Part shown: positions 1-8,629 of the stretch, in pieces
How the letters are laid out: every line of letters starts with the position of its first letter
Numbering within the stretch: the first letter of the stretch is position 1
Assembly (NCBI GenBank): GCA_003971905.1
Contig: RSEE01000175.1
Coordinates: 1 to 36,594 of the forward strand
Reading direction: 5' to 3'
From: Moniliella sp. 'wahieum'
Taxonomy: Eukaryota
Length of the DNA stretch: 36,594 bases
Program-made: the position numbers and the translations under genes
Notes under the pieces: model-generated
Seen by the model: only the letters and a program-made list of their open reading frames with translations
What the model was told of the DNA's origin: nothing
The model's database searches: none

Positions 1-17
1 AACCCTAACCCTAACCC
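1..17. repeat. Telomeric repeat (CCCTAA)n, left chromosome end
   Basis: The window starts AACCCTAACCCTAACCC, about 3 units of the C-strand of TTAGGG. Confidence 0.8.
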
Positions 18-584
18 AACGAAACAGATCTGGAATAGGTCGAGGTTTGAGCCCTGTAGGTCGAGTAGAGGGTGATGTCACCGGTCAGACTTCCCACGGA
101 CGGTACTCGGTCAGTATTGGTCCGATTGAGATCCGGACCGGTGCTATCGCTTCTCCTGACCCAGCTCTACACACTGAGGTACTTCGATTGGGTCCTGGGT
201 CGGCGTTGAAGGGTGATGTTCACTCAGCGATATACGGTGACCGGTGATGTATGTCACCCACTTCTCTCCTATGACAGGTACCGATTCTACAAGGTGATCA
301 TGGATCTGAATACTGTCAGCTCATCTCCTGGACTGGGACTACTGATGTGGGAAGTGGGAGCTGGGGAGGCTGAGATCCCAAGTTGGCATGGTCGCATCCA
401 TCCTGGGTCCTATGGGTGGGGTCAAGTTAGGGCGGCACTGCCCACCAAGACCAGGCGTCGGATCGGAGTGAGAGTGGTAGGGGTGGATAGCTACAGCCTT
501 GGGCTACTCAAACTAACTCACTCCCGTGGTCTTCCAGTCAAAAGTTGTCTCAACCCTGAATGGGTGGGGTGGGCATGCCCTTGT

Positions 585-587
585 AAC

Positions 588-649
<62 letters not shown>

Positions 650-704
650 TTAATTCGTGACGCGCATGAATGGATTAACGAGACTCCCACTGTCCCTATC
701 TACT
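585..704 (+). rRNA. Isolated 120-bp fragment of eukaryotic LSU (25S/28S) rRNA, domain IV (H69-H71 region); not a full gene
   Basis: AACCAAGCGCGGGTAAACGGCGGGAGTAACTATGACTCTCTTAAGGTAGCCAAATGCCTCGTCAT...GTGACGCGCATGAATGGATTAACGAG...CCCACTGTCCCTATCTACT matches the conserved LSU core. It differs at about 3 positions from the fungal consensus as I recall it. The flanks are not recognisable as rRNA. Confidence 0.9.
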
Positions 705-1699
705 GTGTTCCTCTTTCCCCCCCTCTCTCTTCAGAGAGGGGGGCTTAAGCACCCTTTCAAATCCAACCCTACTCACTAATTTCGGAGCGAAAAAAGAAAT
801 GAATTTGCCATTTGATCCCCCTTCTTGCGTCTCTACTGCGGCACCTCCATCTGTAGTAGGATGCCGACTTGTAGATATCCTGACTCTCTTCCGACATACT
901 GATCCTGAAAATACAGACTTAGACTGACCACTAGGGCGGTGCCCTGAGAGCACGCACCCGAGTAGTGTGTAATTCCCCTGCTGCCCCCGCACGGGGGGCT
1001 GCCCCCCGCCCCCCACGCCAGACCAATCAATACATGCCTCATATTTCCCTACTTGGCCCCACTCCTCTGCACGTTCTCCCTGACATCTTTCCTTTGGCAT
1101 GCACACAGCCCCATCCGTAGCTCCTTGGGTACTAACATACCTCGTCCCCACCGTTCACCACAGTAAAGAGCTACAGTCCATATAGTACCTACCATGTTTG
1201 ACCCCTCGCCCATGATCAGCCATTCATACCCCCACACTCTCACCCCCCCAGAGGTACTCCTTCACCCCCTCTACCACTCATACCAATACCATTCAGACGT
1301 AGCATCAACCGTTCACTAGGCGTGAGCCCCATCGACTCTCTCAATGCGAAGTACCAGAGAGCAGGCGAGCTCGGCAGTACAGTGGCTAACTAGGCCTGAG
1401 CCGGTAACCGCCTGGCCCATATCGTTCCAATCAGCATCCTGGCCGTCAGGCCCAACAACAACTGTCGCTCGCTCCCGAGGAGGGCAAGGCGATGAAAACA
1501 GAGATGCCCACGATTCTCGACACACAAACACGGTCCCCTTCAATCTGTTCATCCCAGGAAAACAAAACGAAGCCCAGGTTCGATCCGTCTGGATCGACCC
1601 CACACCGCAGGAAAAGCTTCCCGTGTGGAAATGATAAGACACAAGGGACATGGAAACGTAGTACAATAATGATCCTGCTCTAGCGGCGGTAGGGCAAGC

Positions 1700-1895
1700 C
1701 GCGTAAGTGTGCAGGTGGCCGATCACCGAGCTGAGCAGGCCCGACAGGACGCCACTAGAAGGCAGATCGGCTAGCGGAGCAGGAGTTGATGCGTCTGGCA
1801 AGTGTAGGTGAGCCAGAGCGCGACGCCCGGGAGGATACCGGCCTCGGCCACGCCGAGGGAGAGAGCCAGGCGGACGATATAAAAACCGGGTTGTG
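1700..1895 (-). pseudogene. Fragment of an MFS transporter, anion:cation symporter (ACS/Dal5/TtuB-like) family
   Basis: Translates to FYIVRLALSLGVAEAGILPGVALWLTY, resembling the RFLLGxAEAGFFPG..LTYW motif, then SGVLSGLLSSVIGHL in another frame. No start or end is visible. Confidence 0.55.
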
Positions 1896-2128
1896 ACACG
1901 CGGGAGCCATCACATGACTGATCTGTGCGTGCCGGGGCTATCCCAGCAGCACCCCGGACCCCCGCGGGTTGCCTAGACTGCGGCTGTGGCGCTTCGCTCG
2001 TTCCCCTTCCCCCACCAACAGCAACAGTAGCCAACCCACCCTAGGGTGCTTCCTTGCATGCCCCGCCGCACCACCTCCGTCTACTCGAGCAGCGGCTACC
2101 CCTACCGCCACCAGCGACGCCACTGAGC

Positions 2129-3301
2129 ATGGCGTTGTGGCAGCAAGCACTGCTGCTGCTGCTGCTGCAAGCGCTCTCGTTCCTCCTCGCCAAGATGCTG
2201 GCGCCCATCCCGCTGCTCCTCGTCTCCTGGGGCATGCTCGCGTACTGGGCAGCGTGTGTTCTCACCTGGGCCATGGCACGGGGGCGCGCCTACCTCTCCC
2301 CGCCTCCGCCGCTTCGCGTGGGTGGGAACTCGTCCCGGACGGAGTGCGGTCCTGGCCGGACCCCGGCGTGTTCCGCTTCCTCCCCGAGGTACGCCGCGAC
2401 GCGCGAGCAGACGTGGGGCGGGTGTGCGGTGTGGGGCGCGAGATCATGGGAGAGTCAAAGGCTGAGGTGTTTGAGTGCAAACTGCGATGGATGCAGAAGG
2501 CCAATGCGGCATTTGCCCGGCGCGCGCCCGTAGAGGAACGCGTGCCACTCTATGTCAAGGCCGACTTGTTCTACGCTGACCACCCGAGCCCCAAGATTCA
2601 GAGGAAAATGCAGCAGCAAACTATCCAGTTTCTCCTTGATTCCACGTGCCGTGTACCCCCCCGCCCCCGGCCCCAGCCCGGGTCAGGCGGCGGTGAAACT
2701 GACTCGGCATGCGACCTACCCGAGCGGCATCTTCAGCCTATTGCCGCAAGACCAACCCGAGGGCTACATCCAGATCCAGATCGACGCCAACGCTCTCCTG
2801 CCCGAGACGCACAAGAGCTTGAGCCTTGTCTACGATTACCAAACCGTCCGTGTCTTTTCGCACGAGGAGTGGGAGCGCCTGCAATCCCTCGCGGCCATTG
2901 CCAACGACCCGGCCCATACCACGCCCGCCCAGCGCGCCGCGGCCTATACCGCCTTGGGGGGGGTGGCGGGACACGCGCTGCTTGTTTCGGCATTGTGGGA
3001 TCCAGCCCGCGACGCCCGTCGTGCGCGGCTTGTATGGGCCGCTATTGCCACAGTCGTAGCGGCAGCAGTGGCGGCCGGGCTACGCACAGCTCTCGCTCCT
3101 GCTCCCACTCTCACTCCCACTCCCACCCACTCCGGCTCCCTAGCTTGGGATGGAATCTGTGGCGGACCTTACTGGGGCCTCATTGCGCCTCCCCTCATGC
3201 ATGCAGTGGACATTTTCTGTTCTGGCGCCTGGCAGCCTTGCCCCCCTCAGATAGACTGCATCATTTTGCTGGTTGCTTTGCTTCGCTTTGCTTTGCGTTG
3301 A
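2129..3301 (+). CDS. Hypothetical subtelomeric membrane protein (frameshifted)
   Basis: Joining ORFs 2054-2533, 1969-3306 and 2552-3301 gives a hydrophobic N-terminus (MALWQQALLLLLLQALSFLL...), a globular-looking core (VPLYVKADLFYADHPSPKIQRK...EGYIQIQIDANALLPETHKSLSLVYDYQTVRVFSHEEWERL) and a C-terminal hydrophobic helix. No family recognised. Confidence 0.45.
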
Positions 3302-3599
3302 TCTGACTTGTTGGATTGCTTGGTTGTGGGGGGTGAAACCACAATGGAGGAGAGGGGCAGAGCGGGCAACGAGACCGGCGCGTCTGTGCCCCCCCCCCGG
3401 ACCAAAGACGGGATGTGATCGCCCAAGGCGAGGGGGATAGGCAGTGGAACGAGCGGGAGTTGAGCCGTGGGCGGAAGAGCAGCCGTAGCACACGAGGTTG
3501 TCTGACGATACGAAACGGCAGTACCCCGGCCAGCGGGACAAAAAGCAGGTGGAATGGTCAGAGAGTACGCGGACTCATGCGTACAGACGGGTGGGTCGA

Positions 3600-5205
3600 G
3601 CCAAGGTAGCGGGCGTGTGGGGGCACCATCAAATACCCCCACGCTGCCGGCCGATCGGTGCATTATGTCCTGGCACGTGCTATTCCGCCTGCTGCGACGT
3701 TCCGCCACTGCCGGCGCCTGGGCCCCGCACTCGGCCTTAAACGCAACCGCCGCTGCGTGGCTGCCCACTCCCGCCAGCCTCCCGCCAAGGTGCTTTGAGG
3801 CGGGACCCGATCTGAGTAGCAGGCCACGCCAGCTCGTTCACCGCTGCACACTCTTCCACCGCGTGGTCACTCCACCGCCGCCATGGCTCCGACAGCTGCA
3901 ACCCAAAACACAGCGGACACCCCTTGATCCCCGTCCTCTCCGACCCCTTTCTCATCTCGAACAGTGTCACCACATGGCCCAGCGTGGCTGCCTTCAAACC
4001 CCAATCGGGCCCCGGGGGAGCTGCTGGAGGGGGTGCGGGTAGGGCGGGGGCAGCGGCCGTGCCCGCTCGAGCCGCTTGCCCAGGTGGGTTGTGCTGTATG
4101 TCCAGGCACTGTGCTTGGCCCGGCGTGTGCGGGCTGAGCGCTGAGGCAGGATCCCTTCTGTCACCTGGTCCCACACCTCCACCGGGATTGGGTCCAACTG
4201 CGCCTCCAAGCTGTCCTACGAGCTCCGCCTCCAAGGTCCGGACCCGCTTGTGGGCCACTGCCTCCAGTGTAGGGTCCGGTCCGCGCTTGCTGCCTGACGC
4301 AGCTGCACCAGCGGGCAAGATGGGTTTGAGTTGCGTCCTTTGCCCCGCGTCCTGAGCCGGCATGGTGGGACGGACGCTTGGTACGTTGTCCTCGTGCGTG
4401 CCGTGTGCGCCATCGGCTTGTTGCTGACCATCTTCATTTCCAGGTCTTCGTCTTGTTCCGTTTGCCGAGCGAGGGAAACGCCAACATGGTGTGCATTCTG
4501 ATTATTCTCTGCGCGATGGCAATCCTCCAAGACGATTGCCCTGCGCTCCTCGTCAGTCTGCTTCCAACGCGGAGATGGTGGGCGGGGTGTTGGATTCCGA
4601 TCCGGCACCTGGGCCTCCTGCCATGTTCGAACGACCGGCTGGTCATCCATTCCCTGTTGTTGTGGGTGCCACCGCGGAGAGAGAGCGTGGCGATGAGTCG
4701 CAGGCTCCTCGGTGGGCTGACGACGAGGCGCGCTACTGATTTCCAAAGGTGGCAAGTCGTCGGCTGGGCCTGGACCATACAGGGGCGCGTCGTGCGGGAG
4801 CCAGGGTGGAGACTGCTCGTCGCGCTGCCTGGTCGCTGCTGCTGGCACCATGCGCGGGGGAAGAAGAATGGGTGACAGCTCGGCACGCGGTGGGCGCAGC
4901 ATGGGCCTCGTCGCTCGCATGCTGTACACTTGCGGGCTCCCTCTACGTCCTGGCACCGCAGTGGCTATCATGTCGCCCTGCTTGTTGGGCCAACAAGCAG
5001 CGCGGCCGGCTGCCTGGATCAAGTCCAGTCCGGTAAATGGCACACCGAGCCAGATGACCATACAGTCGCCCGCGCCCGTTTGCGCCAACTGACTGACTGT
5101 AACGAGCAGGACACGCGTGCCGGCCCGGAGCGGGTTGGCTTCGGGAGCGCCGCCGTGCCATGTCCGGAAGGGCAGGTCGTGCCTCCGCAAGCGGTTCTCA
5201 TAGTA
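3600..5205 (-). pseudogene. Telomere-linked RecQ-like helicase (TLH) remnant, internally deleted, pointing toward the telomere
   Basis: VIWLGVPFTGLDLIQAAGRA (~5000-5058) resembles the RecQ motif VI region (VIHxGxP...QExGRAGR). RLRRHDLPFRTW...VLLVT resembles the segment after motif Ia. A C-terminal Cys/His cluster is present (GCPLC..H....C at ~3908-3919, later CG and C.DI). Position and orientation fit fungal TLH genes. Confidence 0.55.
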
Positions 5206-5421
5206 ACCCGGTGTTACGCTCCTGTTTTCGCTCTTCCTCGACTTGCTTCTCGCTTGGAGCCGTCGGTTGAACCATTGCACACGGGATACATCCTCCGCTC
5301 GCGAGTCACTGGTCACTGTCGCTCCCTGGCCCGCATTCTCCGAACCCCGATTGCAGCCCGCGCGGCACAGTTCCATCCCACAGTCCTTAACAACCTTCCT
5401 GAGGCGCGATGTGCGTCGAAT

Positions 5422-5523
5422 TGTTGCCACGTCACCCACCGGTGCCTTGCCCGATTCGTAGATGTGAAAGCTAGACCCTAAAGTTGCGCCGGCGTGTTCA
5501 CCCCTGTCCCACTGCTTGTTCTG
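5422..5523. repeat. Left copy of a diverged ~100-115 bp inverted repeat (partner 18494-18607)
   Basis: 5422-5446 TGTTGCCACGTCACCCACCGGTGCC is the exact reverse complement of 18583-18607. 5461-5476 is the exact reverse complement of 18553-18568. Weaker similarity extends to 5523/18494. Confidence 0.9.
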
Positions 5524-5835
5524 TCCTTGGGGTTATTATACAGTCGATAAAGCTAACACTTAGGTGAAGCGGCGCGGATAACAGGAGGTGAGGAGGAAGC
5601 GACCGGACCAATATGCTTTGGTGGGGTTTTGCGCTTCTGCGGCTAAGTGTTGCATTCCTTTGGCGCGGTTGGGAAGTTTATCGCCTCCAGGCTCGAGCAC
5701 ACACAAGAGCATGATATGAGCGGGAGAGTGAGGAAGGGAGCACTTGACGACCTGCGAATCGGAACGGAGTTGGGACGACGACCTCTCATAGGATAACTGC
5801 AAGCTCAACTCACAATGACTGTGATTCGCCACCAC

Positions 5836-5871
5836 CAACAACAACAACAGCAACAACAACAACAACAACAA
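5836..5871 (+). repeat. (CAA)n microsatellite just upstream of the OPT start codon
   Basis: 12 CAA/CAG triplets. Confidence 0.95.
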
Positions 5872-5901
5872 CGCCACAAGCAAAACAAAGGCCTATACAT
5901 C

Positions 5902-8629
5902 ATGTCGACTCCTCGCTCGAGCGAGCCCAACGAAACAGATGAGGAACGGACCAACAAAATTTCCAAAGGCTCGGACCTTCCGTCCACGCCGGATGGTGCT
6001 ATCGGCTCTCTTCGGCCTCTCACAATTGATAGCATAACACCAACAAACCATGCAACGTACCAGCATACTACCCCATTTTCGTTTACAAACACAGTCGAGG
6101 ACGACAACGAGAATGGGATCGAAACAGAGTCGCTCTTGGAAAACGCGCTCTATCACAACGACCCACTCCTGAGTCGACATGATGAACCCTCTGGGATACG
6201 ATCCGCGACAAACGACAACCAGGGATCGGGATGAGTGGGGTGAAAGCACCAACAATGCAGATGAAAACGACACAGACGAAGAGAAGGATCTGGACTTGGC
6301 TGATGCGCGTGTACGTGCCGTCGTGCCTAACGAAGACGACCCAGACATGCCATTCAATACGATCCGCACCTGGCTGCTTTCCATTGTGCTGGCCCTAGGC
6401 CTGACCACCGCCCTCATGGCTATGGAGATCCGCGGAGACTGGACCAACCCACAGACCTTTGTATCTACAAGTGCGGTGTTGGTACAGCCATTCACCTACT
6501 GTTTGGGCTTCGCGCTATCGAAAATACCATATCCATCGCACTGGCCCTGGCTTGGTTCATCAACCCGGGCCCGTTTAACCTCAAGGAACATACGTGCGTC
6601 CCAACTTCCGGGAAGTTGAGGTTGCAGGGAAGGAGACCTCTGTCTGACACGTGTGATTGTTTCGCGCAGAATCTGCACCATCGTCGCTGCGGTTGCCATG
6701 GGACCCAACCTAACCTTGCAATACTTGGCTGGAATGTCTCTATTGGCGGAGAGTTACACAAAACAAGCGAACACATTCCCACCCGGATCCTCTTTCTTAT
6801 CTATCTCTCGACCCCATTCTTTGGATTTGCCTTGGCCGGTCTCGCCACGCGTCTTCTCATTTGGCCTGGTGAGCTGCTTTATCCTCAGCAGCTTCAGACC
6901 AGTGCAATGTTGACGGCTTTACACGGGGTTCGCCGTGGTAACTGGAACCGTCGCCGTGTCTTCTGGATTGTGGCGACGGTCATATTCGTCTGGCACTGGA
7001 TCCCCCTATTCTTCTACCAACCTCTGGCAACGTTCCAGTGGCCAACGTGGATTGCGCCGTCCAACTTTGTGGTCAATCTATTGTTTGATGCAACGGGTGG
7101 CATGGGATGGTCTTTTTGGTGCCTGGACTGGACGGGAGTGATCACGGCGTTGAGTTCACCCTTGATCGTCCCATGGGACGCGTTGGTCAACGTATTTTGT
7201 GGCTTCGCTGTTGCCATGTGGGTCATTTCCCTGCCGATGTTTTTCACCAACAAAAACCTAGCGGCCTGCGTTCCCTATATCGTTATGAGCGTGACTTGGT
7301 ACCCACAGCTGCAAACCACCGACATGCATGCCAACCACTTGCCCCAAGACATGGATCTAGATCTCCCCCAATTTGATTCACCCGACCCACCCCAGGGATA
7401 CTTTCCTGCCACAACCGTCATGACCATAGCGTTTTCCTATGCTGCCGGCACCGCCTTGCTCGTGCACACCCCGCTTTTCCATGGCGGCGACCTACGCCGC
7501 TGGTGGAAAGTGTCCAACGTGGCTGAGTCACTGACCCCCACGCGCGCCAACTCGCACGCTACCCGTCTGTTCCCACCTGGTGGTACCTGTGCTTGCTCCT
7601 GGCTGCCTTTGTCCTTGCCATCCGATGGTGCACGTGTACCACACATCGGTACCGGTTTGGGCGATTGTGCTTGCCCTCGCGCTGGCTGCAATCTTCATTA
7701 TTCCAGTGAGCATTGTGGCGGGCCGGACGTCGGTGGAGTTGACGTGTGTGGAGCACTTGGCGACGTTGATTGTTAGTGCTTCTCTGCCTGGGCACACAAC
7801 CATCCTCCCGCTCTTTCAGCTATGTTGCGGGGGGAGCATCCAGCAGGCATTGCTCTACTGTGGCTGTTCCAAACTGGCACTCTACTTTAAGATCCCACCA
7901 CGGATCACCTTCTTTGTACTCGTTGGAACCCAATTGGCCTGCTCGGTGTTGCAAAGTGGAATCTGGGTGGGATGGAGTTCCGATTCGCTGACGATCACTC
8001 AGGAAGCCAACACGAAGGTTACAGGGTTGTACGATCCCATATACTGGACTGGCGTTGGGCTTCACAAGAACGGCTTCCTGCACCAATACCAGTGGACTCT
8101 GTACTTTTTCCTTATTGGCGCAGTCGCCCCACTGCTCTTGCACCTTGCCGGACGCATGTCCCCTCACTTGAATCACGTTGCTCACCTCCGCTCGATCCAT
8201 TGGCCGCTTCTTTGGCGGTATATCGCAAGCCTCAATTTTGCTGCAGTTTGCTGGACCGCCTGGTTTTTCTGGGGGTCTGTCACTCACCTACTGTTCTCCG
8301 TCGTCGGCACTTGAATTATTGGATTGCGTACGCCCACTACTCTCTCTTCCCTTTGTATTGTTCCAAGGATGAATATGTGGCTAACTCTCTTTTCTAACAA
8401 AATCTCTGGATTGGTTATCGGCAGGATGAATTACATTCTCTCTGCCGCTGCTTCTGTGGGATGTTCGCTCTGTGCAGCCATTATCACGGCCATGCAGTAT
8501 GGTACAGACGGCACTGACACCCGCTTTACCCGCTTCCTCGATCACCTGCAAAACCTTGGGCCTCACAACGACTACGGCGATACCGGCGAAAAATCTCTGG
8601 TCTGGAACGACACGTGTTTTCCCAAATAG
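5902..8629 (+). CDS. OPT-family oligopeptide transporter (spliced, with indel errors)
   Basis: Motifs VRAVVPNEDDPDMPFNTIRTW, NPGPFNLKEH, LIWPGELLYPQQL, LDW...SSPLIVPW, YFKIPPR and NYILSAA. GT-AG introns at ~6594-6669 and ~8328-8424, the latter with a GCTAAC branch point. Confidence 0.92.

Noticed and set aside
585..704. Functional rDNA unit or an inserted R2 element
   Set aside because: Only 120 bp of LSU is present, the target site is uninterrupted, and no reverse transcriptase ORF is visible.
705..1320. Group I intron following the rRNA fragment (exon ends in U; GACTG at ~922 and CAGTC at ~1175 could pair like P7)
   Set aside because: No P1/internal guide pairing, no convincing P/Q elements and no downstream rRNA exon. 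An Infernal RF00028 search would settle it.
5815..5901. Poly-Gln N-terminal extension of OPT from ATG 5815
   Set aside because: The CAA tract is equally consistent with a 5' UTR microsatellite. ATG 5902 was preferred, but this cannot be resolved without transcripts.
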